Source: Candidatus Latescibacterota bacterium (GTDB taxonomy: Bacteria > Latescibacterota > UBA2968 > GCA-2709665). From it: a stretch of 64,000 nucleotides of DNA. Location of the stretch: positions 4,256,001 to 4,320,000 of the forward strand of contig OZ242358.1 in the NCBI GenBank assembly GCA_965208835.1, read 5' to 3'. The first letter of the stretch is position 1. Each line of letters begins with the position of its first letter. The position numbers and the translations under genes are program-made. Of the stretch, positions 19,776 to 29,448 are shown one piece after another. The notes under the pieces are model-generated. The model was not told the origin of the DNA, did not search any database, and saw only the letters and a list, made by a program, of their open reading frames with translations.

Positions 19776-20549
19776 ATGGAGGTACCGGAATACCTGGATC
19801 CCGATGCAGTTGCCGGTTTTCACAGGAACGGATACGTCACTTCGGACAGCCTCTTCAGCGAAGATGAAGTCCGCATCCTGATCGACGCGGTTGAAACGGG
19901 CGCACGGGTCGCGGAGAACACGCGCGCGACTGAAGACGCTTCGGGAATGGCGTCCAGGCTGTCGATCTGGCACGAACTGGGAGACGACATCTGGACCGCG
20001 GTTTCCACGTGTCCCCGCATTGTCAACAATATCCGCATCCTTCTGGGCGAGGAGGTTGCCTTCTTCCATGGCAAGGTGATGTTCAAAGACGCCCATGAAG
20101 GGGGCGCCTGGGAATGGCATCAGGACTACGGATACTGGTATAACCAGGGTTTCGTCTTTCCACGCATGATCAGCGCGTTTATCGCCCTGGACGAATGCAC
20201 GCGCGAAAACGGCTGCCTGCGGGTCCTTCGCGGATCCCATCGCCTCGGCCGGCTGGACCACGTCAGAGTTGGAACCCAGACCGGCACGGATCCCGCAAGA
20301 ATTACGGAGATCGAACCCCTTTTCGACTGCATCGACTGCGAGATGTCACCGGGTTCGGTCCTCTTCTTCGACTGCAACCTTCTCCATTCCTCAACGCCCA
20401 ATACGTCCAGCCGCCATCGGAGGTCGTTCATCATCTGCTACAATGCACTGGGCAATCCTCAACTGGGCGAGAGAAGAACCGCCGACCAAAACCCCTGTCC
20501 CGTGGGGCCCGACGACGCCATCTCCAGGTACGGATCCGCATCCGGTTGA
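19776..20549 (+). CDS. Phytanoyl-CoA dioxygenase (PhyH)/ectoine hydroxylase-like Fe(II)/2OG dioxygenase
   Basis: WEWHQDYGYW (HxD), ENGCL..GSH, LLHSS..N...R. Confidence 0.88.
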   Translation: MEVPEYLDPDAVAGFHRNGYVTSDSLFSEDEVRILIDAVETGARVAENTRATEDASGMASRLSIWHELGDDIWTAVSTCPRIVNNIRILLGEEVAFFHGKVMFKDAHEGGAWEWHQDYGYWYNQGFVFPRMISAFIALDECTRENGCLRVLRGSHRLGRLDHVRVGTQTGTDPARITEIEPLFDCIDCEMSPGSVLFFDCNLLHSSTPNTSSRHRRSFIICYNALGNPQLGERRTADQNPCPVGPDDAISRYGSASG

Positions 20550-20568
20550 CCCTGGGCAGGGTTCCTCA

Positions 20569-21612
20569 CTACCCGCTCAATACCTCGCGTTCACGGTCCT
20601 GACCCGTCAGCGGCAAATCGACCCACGCGGCGTTTCCGGCATGCGAGACGTGGAAACCCACAATTGCCTCCAATGTCCGCGCGGCTTCCGATGCCGCGTA
20701 CGGGAAAGGGCTCTTTCCGTCCAGCCAGTCCACAATCTCACCCACCGCCAGGTCCATCGAAGAAACTGAGCCCGCAGGAATCGGCCAGGCTTCCCTCCGC
20801 CCGTCCCGGTACTCAACGACCACGCCCCTGCCGTCGAGTACGGCGGATCCCTCCGTACCGTGGATGGAGATCAGCGGCGGCAACGTCGCATAGTCCGCCG
20901 CGTCTACCGTGCAGATCAGCCCGCGCTCGAGGCGCAGCATGCCCCAGCCGCCGGGGTCGCGGAACTGATTGCCGCGGCAATCCGGTTTTCCGGACAGATC
21001 CAGTGTTCCCGACACGGCCTCGACGGCCCGCCCTGTCAACATCTGAATGGTATCGATGAAATGCGTACCCACGTTACCCAGCCGGCCGGAACCCCATTGC
21101 ATGGACGCGGATGTCAGTTCTCCCAGCGCGCCGTCCGCCACGAGGTCGCGCAGGCGCCGTGGGTTGGTCTGAAACCGCCGGTTGTGGTTCACAACGAGGA
21201 GCGTACCGGCGGCGTCGCACGCTTTAAGCATACGCTCGGCGTCTGAAACCCGGGTCGCGACGGGTTTTTCGCAATAGACGGCACGAACGCCCTGCTTTGC
21301 GCATGCGACCGTGATGTCGGCATGAAACGGGGCATACGTCGCCACACTTACGATATCGAGTGATTCCCCGGCGAGCATCTCGCCCCAATCGGCGTAGGTC
21401 GGCACGCCCGTTCGGGCCTCAAAACGCTCCCGGCGCCCCTTGTCCCGGCTGGACCCGGACGCCACAACGACCCGGGGATGCCCGCTCAACGCATGGGCGT
21501 GGGTCCCGTCCAGGTCGCTCACCCTTTGTCCTATTGCGTCGCCCGACACCTGGTCGGCGCCGCCTATGAAGCCGAGACCCACAATCCCGGCGCGATAGGT
21601 ATTACCCGCCAT
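20569..21612 (-). CDS. Gfo/Idh/MocA family oxidoreductase
   Basis: GIVGLGFIG, CEKP, NHNRRF, GTHFID. Confidence 0.88.
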   Translation of the reverse strand: MAGNTYRAGIVGLGFIGGADQVSGDAIGQRVSDLDGTHAHALSGHPRVVVASGSSRDKGRRERFEARTGVPTYADWGEMLAGESLDIVSVATYAPFHADITVACAKQGVRAVYCEKPVATRVSDAERMLKACDAAGTLLVVNHNRRFQTNPRRLRDLVADGALGELTSASMQWGSGRLGNVGTHFIDTIQMLTGRAVEAVSGTLDLSGKPDCRGNQFRDPGGWGMLRLERGLICTVDAADYATLPPLISIHGTEGSAVLDGRGVVVEYRDGRREAWPIPAGSVSSMDLAVGEIVDWLDGKSPFPYAASEAARTLEAIVGFHVSHAGNAAWVDLPLTGQDREREVLSG

Positions 21613-21625
21613 GATTACTCCTCTT

Positions 21626-22249
21626 CTACCCATCCAGTTCGACGGCCCTCCACAGGTACCAGCTCGCCACGGACCGGTATGGACGCCAGATTTCTCCGTA
21701 CTCCAACAGCTCCGCATGGTCGGGCAGGTCGTTCAATCCGTAGGTGAGCGTAAACCCCTTCCTTACGCCCAGGTCCTTCACCGGCAGCACGTCCGCGCGG
21801 CCCAGATCGAATATCAGCATCATCTGCACGGTCCACTCGCCAACGCCGCGGACACGGGTGAAGCGCCTGATGATTTCGTCGTCGGGCATCCCGTTGAGCC
21901 GCTGCCCCGACGGGACCGCGCCTTCAAGCGTCTTTTCGGCGAGGTCCTTCACCGCCGCCACCTTGGCCCGGGACATCCCCGCGCCGCGGAACGCCTCGGC
22001 GGGTAGAGCAAGGACCTGTTCCGGCTCCGGACAATCTGCTTCAGGAAACAGATCCAGAACGCGGCCATAGATGGTTCCGGCCGCCTTGCCTGAGAGCTGC
22101 TGGTAGACGATCGAACGCATCAACGCACGAAACGGATGGTACGGCGCCCGTGCTTCCAAGAGGCAGGGTCCGGCGCGCTCCATAAGGCATCCGAGCGGCG
22201 CGTCCACCCTTGCAAGCGCCGCAACCGCTTCTTTCGGATCGTATGTCAA
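21626..22249 (-). CDS. alkA: DNA-3-methyladenine glycosylase II (HhH-GPD)
   Basis: SIVYQQLSGKAA, RGVGEWT, ADVLPVKDLGVR, WRPYRSVA. Confidence 0.88.
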   Translation of the reverse strand: MTYDPKEAVAALARVDAPLGCLMERAGPCLLEARAPYHPFRALMRSIVYQQLSGKAAGTIYGRVLDLFPEADCPEPEQVLALPAEAFRGAGMSRAKVAAVKDLAEKTLEGAVPSGQRLNGMPDDEIIRRFTRVRGVGEWTVQMMLIFDLGRADVLPVKDLGVRKGFTLTYGLNDLPDHAELLEYGEIWRPYRSVASWYLWRAVELDG

Positions 22250-22285
22250 TCCATTCTCGATGTTCGCCTCCGCGTCGCCACTCGA

Positions 22286-23236
22286 TCAGTCCGCGGCACC
22301 TGATGAAGCGGCCAGCGCCACCGCACCCAGCAGGCCCGACTTGCCTTTCAGCCGGGCGGGAAGAATCCTGAGATGGGGCCTGTGCACCGGCATCAGAAAA
22401 CGGTCCGCCTGCTCACGCAGCGGCTCGAAGAGCACCCTGCCGGCTTTGGCCACGCTGCCGCCAATCACAATGGCTTCGGGCGCGAGCGCATTCATTGCCG
22501 CCGCAACACCCATGCCCAGATATCGACACGTCTCATTCACCAGGTCCAGCGCGAGCCCGTCGCCCTCCCGAGCGGCATCGAAGACCGCCCTGGCCGTAAC
22601 CGGGCCTCCCGCGGCCTGGCGGATGCCGCCGCCCCTTTCGGGCCGCGCGCGTACGGCCGCCTCCCCGCGTCGCCCGATGGCCGTGCCTGAGCATAGCGCT
22701 TCGAGACATCCCCGGTTGCCGCAATCGCAAAGCGGACCATCCGGAAGCACCGGCACGTGTCCCAGTTCCCCTGCGTTGCCGTTGGCGCCGCGGTAGATCT
22801 CCCCGTCGATGATGATTCCCCCGCCGATACCCGTGCCGATGTTGTAATAGATCAGGTGGCGGCAGCCCCTGCCCGCGCCGAACGTCAATTCGCCCAGCGC
22901 GCCTGCGTTGGCATCGTTATCCACGACTGCCGGTATCCCGAGGTCCCTTTGAATGGTCTCGGGAAAGGCCACGTCGTCCCAACCCGCCACGTGTGTGGAA
23001 TTGACGATCCGCTGGGATGCGAAATCCACGGGGCCGCCGAAACTGATTCCGCAAGCGGACACGGCTTCGGGGGATGACGCGATAAAACGGCGTCCGACCT
23101 TCAGGACCTGCTCAATCATCCATCCCGCGCCGCCGGAGCGATCGGTGGAACAGGTCGTCCGCTTTAGAATGCGCCCGTCCGGCGTTCCCAGCGCGAGGCT
23201 GAAATTGGTACCGCCGATATCCACCGCAAGGATCAT
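22286..23236 (-). CDS. ROK family sugar kinase
   Basis: VDIGGT, NDANAGALGE, GTGIGGG, ELGH, CDCGNRGCLE. Confidence 0.9.
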   Translation of the reverse strand: MILAVDIGGTNFSLALGTPDGRILKRTTCSTDRSGGAGWMIEQVLKVGRRFIASSPEAVSACGISFGGPVDFASQRIVNSTHVAGWDDVAFPETIQRDLGIPAVVDNDANAGALGELTFGAGRGCRHLIYYNIGTGIGGGIIIDGEIYRGANGNAGELGHVPVLPDGPLCDCGNRGCLEALCSGTAIGRRGEAAVRARPERGGGIRQAAGGPVTARAVFDAAREGDGLALDLVNETCRYLGMGVAAAMNALAPEAIVIGGSVAKAGRVLFEPLREQADRFLMPVHRPHLRILPARLKGKSGLLGAVALAASSGAAD

Positions 23237-23246
23237 GGACGCAACC

Positions 23247-24011
23247 TCAGTCCGCCAGCCCGCGGGCGCGAAGGTAGTCCATCGACTGCTCGACGCGTTG
23301 TTCCACTTCGCGCCGCGTCAACGATTCACCCTGGATGCCCTCCAGTTCCAGCGTATAGGGCCCGTTGCGTCCATGGCTGGCGAAGATTTCAAAAATGGAC
23401 GGAAAATCCACGATCCCCTCGCCAAGTGCGGGGAAGTGCCAGGTCTGAAAGGCGCCGTTCGTGTCTTTCAGATGTACGGCTGCCACCGCGTGCGATACCT
23501 TTCGAAACTGCTCGACCGAATCCACGCCCTCGTTGTAATAGTGGACGTTCGCCGTATCGAAATTGATGCCGATATTGGGATGATTCACGCCCCTCATCGT
23601 CTCCAGCGCCACGTCGGCATTCGTAACCAGATCCGGATGCGTTTCCATGGCCACGACAATGCCCCTCTCGGCCGCCGCGTCACCGATGTCCTGCAGTCTG
23701 CCGTAGACGAAATCCCGGTCTACGCCTCCGGTCTTTACGCTCGTGAACACCAGGCCGACCCCCATCTCCGCCACGGTATTCAGCGAGTGCGTGAACCTCT
23801 GGACCACGTCGTCGGCGTGCATCTCACAGCGAATGATCAGACTGGACGCGCGCAGTCCGAATCGATCCAGTTCACGCTGAACCGCATCCCCCTCTTCGGG
23901 CTCCGGACATGGAATTTCCACGTGGGTCAGACCGATCCGCGCGAGATGTTCGAACGCGCCGTCCCGATACTGTCGATAGCTGTTCAGGTTGCAGGCAATC
24001 AGATTTGGCAT
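23247..24011 (-). CDS. Sugar phosphate isomerase/epimerase (xylose isomerase-like TIM barrel)
   Basis: METH, NFDTAN, VHLKD, LELE. Confidence 0.85.
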   Translation of the reverse strand: MPNLIACNLNSYRQYRDGAFEHLARIGLTHVEIPCPEPEEGDAVQRELDRFGLRASSLIIRCEMHADDVVQRFTHSLNTVAEMGVGLVFTSVKTGGVDRDFVYGRLQDIGDAAAERGIVVAMETHPDLVTNADVALETMRGVNHPNIGINFDTANVHYYNEGVDSVEQFRKVSHAVAAVHLKDTNGAFQTWHFPALGEGIVDFPSIFEIFASHGRNGPYTLELEGIQGESLTRREVEQRVEQSMDYLRARGLAD

Positions 24012-24130
24012 GAAACCTCCACGTGACTTGTCGAAGCAACCGCGTCTTACCACCAGAAATCTAAAATCTCCGCAACCCCCAAACGTCCCCGAATCCTTCG
24101 CCCTTTTTCTTGCTTTACCACAAGTCGGTT

Positions 24131-24250
24131 AGACGGTAGAGGGGAGCCGGTAGAAGAAATCACTGCCCGATATTGTATGCCTTCTTGCCTCCGGCACGAG
24201 AAGAGACCTCATAAGGCTGGTTATCTCTACCCTCTACCCTCTCCCGTCTC
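24131..24250. repeat. Repeat family B, copy 2
   Basis: Inverted match to 15563-15683. Confidence 0.75.
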
Positions 24251-24320
24251 CCCCTTCTAAGGAATACCCTCGAGGCACGGAATCTTGCGAATCCTGGAGA
24301 TCCATTATAGGGGAACAACA

Positions 24321-25577
24321 CTATCCGTACCGAACCCAACGAACCATTTCCGACAACGTGGCCCGTTTGCCCCTCATCAGGATCCCCACCCGGTAGATCC
24401 GCGCGGCCGCCCACATGACCCCGGCTATCGTGCCGATCAGAATCAGGACCGACGCCGCGATTTCGATCCACGGAGGCGTGAGGACGTTCACCCGGACGAT
24501 CATGATCATGGGCGCAAAGAACGGAATCATCGACATCACCACGGACGGGGCGGCGCCGGGCTGCCGGGTGATGAACGTCATTGCCAGCAGCGAGAGGATC
24601 ATTGGCACGATCACAAGGATCTGCAGGTGCTGCGCATCCTGTTCGGTGTCGCAGATCGCGCCGATAATGGCGTAGAGTGTGGCATACAGAAAGTAACCGA
24701 GGACAAAGTAGACGCCGAAGTAGACCACCACACCCGTTTCGATCGCAAAGGGGAGGTTGGGCCCGAACGCCATTCTGCCGTACGCCGTGGCGAGCAGACC
24801 CACGCCGATCCAGACCGAAACCTGAACCAGGCTGGCGGCGCCGATCCCCAGTATCTTGCCCGCCATCATCTGAAATGGATCGACCGACGACAGCATCACC
24901 TCCACCATGCGGTTGGTTTTCTCTTCCAGGACGCCGCGCATGACCATGATCCCGTAGAGAATGGTGACCATATAAAGCAGCATGGCGAATGCGAACGAAG
25001 TGAAATATTCCCGGGCAAACCCGCTCTTCTTCTCCTTTCCCTTGATGATTTTCAGCGTCTGCAACTGCACCCTGCGGGTCCATTTTCTCACTTCCTCAGG
25101 TTCCAGCCCCCGCTGCGCCAGCCTGTGGGCAACCACAATGTGAGTCAATGCGCTCCGCAATCGCCCGACCTGGCGCATATCGCTCACGTTCTTACCATAG
25201 AACCCGGCCTCGCTTTTTTCGAAAATTTCGGGAGGTAACACCAGGTAGGCGTCCAGTTCTCCGGCGTTGATCTCGGACGTGAGCTGACGCCGCGTGGTTT
25301 CCAGATCGGGACCGGGGCGCACTTCCTGCAACAGATATTCCGGCCTGCCATCCTTGAGCCGTTCGTCCAGGCGGGCTTCGAGCGGCCCGTACAGGATTCC
25401 GGTCTGGTCGACCACCGCGACTCGCTTCTGTTTGCCCACGTCTACCCGCGCCAGAAGGACGGGTACGAGGATACTGGCCACGACGAATACCGGCACCAGG
25501 AACAGGCCAATCAGGAAACTCTTCTTGCGTACGATTTCTATGAATTCCCGGCGGACGATCGTCAATACCTTATTCAT
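24321..25577 (-). CDS. ABC-2 type transporter permease (NatB/YhaP-like)
   Basis: RREF...KKSF, EEKTNRMVEVMLSS, GKILG; multiple TM helices. Confidence 0.88.
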   Translation of the reverse strand: MNKVLTIVRREFIEIVRKKSFLIGLFLVPVFVVASILVPVLLARVDVGKQKRVAVVDQTGILYGPLEARLDERLKDGRPEYLLQEVRPGPDLETTRRQLTSEINAGELDAYLVLPPEIFEKSEAGFYGKNVSDMRQVGRLRSALTHIVVAHRLAQRGLEPEEVRKWTRRVQLQTLKIIKGKEKKSGFAREYFTSFAFAMLLYMVTILYGIMVMRGVLEEKTNRMVEVMLSSVDPFQMMAGKILGIGAASLVQVSVWIGVGLLATAYGRMAFGPNLPFAIETGVVVYFGVYFVLGYFLYATLYAIIGAICDTEQDAQHLQILVIVPMILSLLAMTFITRQPGAAPSVVMSMIPFFAPMIMIVRVNVLTPPWIEIAASVLILIGTIAGVMWAAARIYRVGILMRGKRATLSEMVRWVRYG

Positions 25578-26487
25578 CCTGCTCCCCTCCCGAATCTTCA
25601 CCGCCAACAGCCATCAAAAAGATATCTCTAAGCGAGGGCTCCGAGACTTCGAACCGGTGGATCCGGGCCCCGGAAAGCGCCTGTCTCAGCAGGTCGCCCG
25701 GGTCCGCGCCCGGCTGGAGTTCGACCTCCACGTGATTCCCGCGATGTTCCGCGTGCCGAACCAGATTCGTATCCTCTAGGAATTCGTCGCTCCCCTCAAA
25801 GGCAATACGCAACCTGTTCCTCGTATAAAGGGACTTCAATTCCGTTACCGTGCCGTCAAGTACCTTCCGACCGCGGTTGATCAGACAGATCCGGTCGCAA
25901 AGCGCTTCGGCATCCTCCATCTGATGCGTGGAAAAGATGAGAATCTTGCCCTCGGCCGTCAGCGTCTGCATGATCTCTTTCAGGACGGCCACGTTGATCG
26001 GATCCAGCCCGCTGAACGGCTCGTCGAGAATCAAGAGATCGGGGTCATGCATGACGGTCGCGATGAATTGCAGCTTCTGCTGCATACCCTTGGAAAGCTG
26101 ATCCACGCGCCGGTTCGACCATTCCGACAGGCCCATCCGTTCGAGCCATTCTCCCGCGCGGCCTGCCGCTTCCGTCCGCGAGAGCGACTTGATCTCCCCG
26201 AGAAACACAAGCAGGTCCATAACCCGCATCTTGGGATACAGCCCCCGTTCTTCGGGCAGGTAGCCGATCCGGTCCCTCGACAGGCCCGTCCCACCGTTGC
26301 CGTAATCGATGGTACCCGAATCCGGCCCGTAGATCCCCAGGATGGTACGAATCGTCGTGGTCTTGCCTGCACCGTTGGGACCCAGCAGACCGAATGTCTC
26401 TCCCGCGGCGATGTCCAGATCCAACCCGTCTACCGCCGTGACGCCGTCGAATGTCTTCGTGACCTGCTGGAGTTGAATCCTGCGCAT
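25570..26487 (-). CDS. ABC transporter ATP-binding protein (NatA/YhaQ-like)
   Basis: GPNGAGKTT, LSKGMQQK, ILDEPFSGLD, STH. Confidence 0.92.
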   Translation of the reverse strand: MRRIQLQQVTKTFDGVTAVDGLDLDIAAGETFGLLGPNGAGKTTTIRTILGIYGPDSGTIDYGNGGTGLSRDRIGYLPEERGLYPKMRVMDLLVFLGEIKSLSRTEAAGRAGEWLERMGLSEWSNRRVDQLSKGMQQKLQFIATVMHDPDLLILDEPFSGLDPINVAVLKEIMQTLTAEGKILIFSTHQMEDAEALCDRICLINRGRKVLDGTVTELKSLYTRNRLRIAFEGSDEFLEDTNLVRHAEHRGNHVEVELQPGADPGDLLRQALSGARIHRFEVSEPSLRDIFLMAVGGEDSGGEQDE

Positions 26488-26923
26488 AGGGTTCTCCCGT
26501 ACTGATCCGGAGGGATGCGGGAAACGCGGGGTTATCGGTTGCGGGGGGCCAAACGTCCACGATGAACACGCCTAAAATACGTGCAGCGGGAAGGGCGCGC
26601 AACAGGACTTTCCCGGTCGTTCGATAACTCCCTGACACCGTCCCGGAGTGGCCGGCTCGGAAGCCGGGTCTATGACGAAAAATAAAAAAGACGCCGGCCG
26701 TACTGGGTACGATCGACGTCTTTCGGGAGGGATGTAGCATGGTTGTATCCGCTTAGACGCTACAGGGGCAGGGAGGTTTCAAATATTCTGTCTTCGGTCA
26801 CACATGGATGTATCCAGAGCCCATTTCTTGCAATCAGGATCGCCGTTGCTGCCCCCTGTATGAGATCACCATCTGATTTAGAAGCCGACCTCGATCATTG
26901 CTACAGTAGAGCAGAGGCAGATC

Positions 26924-26987
26924 TTGACATTGTTGTGAAATTTGTATATATTGTCGTCAAATTACTGCGAAAAATGACGACAATATA
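26924..26987 (+). promoter_or_regulatory. Sigma70 promoter with an overlapping 13-bp inverted repeat (operator-like)
   Basis: TTGACA-N17-TATATT; TATATTGTCGTCA-N15-TGACGACAATATA. Confidence 0.7.
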
Positions 26988-26992
26988 GTCAA

Positions 26993-28144
26993 ATGACAAT
27001 ACCACGCATATTTGACGCTCCCCGGAAAAGCTTTTTTCTCCTGGGACCTCGCGGCGTTGGAAAAAGCACCTATCTGCGATTGGCGTTCCCGGATGCGCAC
27101 GTCGTGAATCTGCTTGCCGAGGATACGTACCAACGCCTGCTTGCGAATCCGGGCCTCCTTGCCGCGGAACTACGGGCCGTACCGGGTGACCGGTGGGTGG
27201 TTCTGGACGAAATTCAAAGATTGCCAACGCTGCTTAACGAAGTGCACCGTTTTATCGAAGAACGGCGGCTGCGCTTTGTATTGTGTGGGTCCAGTGCGAG
27301 AAAACTCAAACGCGCAGGTGTCAACCTCCTCGCCGGCCGCGCCCTGAATCGCGCGATGCATCCCTTTACTCCCGAGGAGTTGGGAGAGAGGTTCGTACTC
27401 CACGACGCCTTACAACACGGACTGCTGCCCATCGTATGGGATTCGGAGGACAGGGCAGAAACACTGGTTGCCTATACGCAGATGTATCTCAAAGAGGAGG
27501 TACAAGCCGAGGCGCTTGTGCGCAATTTACCCGGATTTGCGCGCTTTCTCCCCATTGCGGCGCTCTTTCACGGCCAGACCCTTAACGTGACCAACATCGC
27601 AAGGGAAGCTCGGGTTGCGCGCACCACGGTGACGGGATATCTGGAGATCCTGGAGGAAACGCTCCTCTGCTTCCAACTTCCTGCATACGAGACCCGACTG
27701 CGGGTGCGCGAACGCAAATTGCCCAAGTGGTATTGGTGCGACCCCGGTCTTGTCAGGGCGATGAAAAAGGTAACGACGCCTCCCGCGCCGGAAGAACGCG
27801 GCGCTCTATTCGAGGGCCTGATTGCCCAGTTGATCCGGGCGTACGGGGACTACCGTGATCTGTGCGAAGAATTCTACTATTGGTCGACCGCCGCACAGAC
27901 GCGAACCGAGGTGGATTTCCTGCTCAGTCGCGACGGAGAATTCGTGGCTATCGAAGTCAAATCCGGCGGGACGTTTGCGGAATCCTGGTGCAAGGGCTTA
28001 AGGGCCCTGTCCCAACTGCCGGGTCTTTGCCGCCGGCTTGTGGTCTATCCCGAAGGACCTGAATTACGTACCGCCGACGGTATCGAAATCCTCCCGTTTT
28101 CGCACTTCTCCAACCTGCTGGCCGCCGATGCCATATGGCCGTGA
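26993..28144 (+). CDS. AAA_14 ATPase with DUF4143 and a C-terminal PD-(D/E)XK-like domain
   Basis: GPRGVGKS, VLDEIQ, CGSS, LAGR, KWYWCDPG, EVDFLL...AIEVKS. Confidence 0.88.
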   Translation: MTIPRIFDAPRKSFFLLGPRGVGKSTYLRLAFPDAHVVNLLAEDTYQRLLANPGLLAAELRAVPGDRWVVLDEIQRLPTLLNEVHRFIEERRLRFVLCGSSARKLKRAGVNLLAGRALNRAMHPFTPEELGERFVLHDALQHGLLPIVWDSEDRAETLVAYTQMYLKEEVQAEALVRNLPGFARFLPIAALFHGQTLNVTNIAREARVARTTVTGYLEILEETLLCFQLPAYETRLRVRERKLPKWYWCDPGLVRAMKKVTTPPAPEERGALFEGLIAQLIRAYGDYRDLCEEFYYWSTAAQTRTEVDFLLSRDGEFVAIEVKSGGTFAESWCKGLRALSQLPGLCRRLVVYPEGPELRTADGIEILPFSHFSNLLAADAIWP

Positions 28145-28227
28145 GAATATCCGCTAAGCGAAGACGGAGGCCCACGAAGCTTTCCTGACATCGGATTCGT
28201 GTGAGAGTCCGCTACCATCTCCACAAT

Positions 28228-28261
28228 AAAAGGCACCCGCTTTTCGCAGGTGCCTGTTTTT
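28228..28261 (-). terminator. Hairpin terminator downstream of tRNA-Leu, likely bidirectional
   Basis: AGGCACC...GGTGCCT stem flanked by A and T tracts. Confidence 0.6.
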
Positions 28262-28265
28262 GTTC

Positions 28266-28352
<87 letters not shown>

Positions 28353-28435
28353 GCTGTTGAATCAGGGTTTGAGGAATATCCCCATCGGTGCACAAACTGT
28401 CAAGAGGAAACAGGCGTTCGGCGCCCCTACCCGCG

Positions 28436-28694
28436 CATCAACCGTTTCGGAAAGAGCGGGAGTACGTGCCGCCTGCCAGGTCTTGCCAAGGTCAAATGCG
28501 CTCCGGTATTATCGGATGCTGCAGTAGATCCTTCGTCGGCCCGGGGGGCACCCTTCGACAGGCTCAGGGCAAGTCCTCTGGATGACAGGCAGGGCGAACG
28601 GACACAGTTGAGAGGCTGTGCCAGGTGACGGTACCCTCGCCACATCAACCGTTTCAGGAAGAGCGGGAGTACGTGCCGCCCGTCAGGTCCTGCC
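28436..28694. repeat. 52-bp direct repeat pair (28436-28487, 28643-28694) enclosing a REP-like unit
   Basis: CATCAACCGTTTC..AAGAGCGGGAGTACGTGCCGCC..CAGGTC.TGCC twice; CCCTTCGACAGGCTCAGGGC at 28551-28570. Confidence 0.75.
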
Positions 28695-28710
28695 GGGATC
28701 CAGCCTGCCT

Positions 28711-28854
28711 TCAGCCATCGAATGCAAGACTCATTGTATGCAGATTGATGATGGCACCGGATTCTATAAGGACTTGAGGGATCTCGATAGTTGATCCCCG
28801 ATAGTCAATAGACACCGATGTAAATGGCAGATCATACCTGCGTACCAGTTGCAT
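28711..28854 (-). pseudogene. Internally deleted retropepsin-like aspartyl protease remnant (47 aa)
   Basis: MQLVRRYDLPFTSVSIDYRGSTIEIPQVLI-ESGAIINLHTMSLAFDG: both termini resemble small clan AA proteases; DTG core absent. Confidence 0.55.
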
Positions 28855-29113
28855 ACAGCGCACGAAAACCCGACGATTGTCTTACTTGAATATCAAGTGA
28901 ATCACGACTGGTATGGAGATAATAATATTCCCGTTCGGGATATTGATGGTGAAGGGTTTGATACCGTTTCAAAGCTGTTTTGCCATCCGGGCATTCTTCA
29001 ACCACTGTCAGATGATTCAGATGCCGCCGACAATCAGAGGTTGTATGGGCTTCTAATGCCTCAACAATCAGCCACTTATCGGGACGGTCTTTGCATATCT
29101 CGGGCCAGCGCAT
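28832..29113 (-). CDS. Small hypothetical protein (93 aa) of the kind found upstream of small aspartyl protease genes
   Basis: MRWPEICKDRPDKWLIVEALEAH...EYYYLHTSR; SD present; low GC. Confidence 0.65.
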   Translation of the reverse strand: MRWPEICKDRPDKWLIVEALEAHTTSDCRRHLNHLTVVEECPDGKTALKRYQTLHHQYPEREYYYLHTSRDSLDIQVRQSSGFRALYATGTQV

Positions 29114-29271
29114 ACAACCTATTCCTCTACAGATAGCGTTGTTTAAATTTCGCCTGACATACAAGCGGTCCGGGCACGGCAGACGGGGCTTCCTCAGGAT
29201 GACAGGCCGGGCGAACGCGATTGAGAGGGCACGCCAGGGTTCGCTACCCCCCACCGCATCAGCCGTCGCCG

Positions 29272-29314
29272 CCCTTCGACAACCCTTCGGCAGGCTCAGG
29301 ACAACGGCTCAGGG
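29272..29314. repeat. REP-like unit nested inside a second copy
   Basis: CCCTTCGACAA[CCCTTCGGCAGGCTCAGGACAA]CGGCTCAGGG. Confidence 0.6.
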
Positions 29315-29448
29315 AACCGGCTCGGCTTCTGCGACTCCCCCTAAAGGGGGGAGTGATCAAACCGTCGAACGTGCTCCCGCCATTCGGTGCATGCCGCAGC
29401 ATGAAGGAGGAGCGGTTTTACTTTCTTGCAAAACCCAGATGCGGAACG

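Noticed and set aside
28436-28694. CRISPR array
   Set aside because: Only two 52-bp copies with 155 bp between them, and no cas genes.
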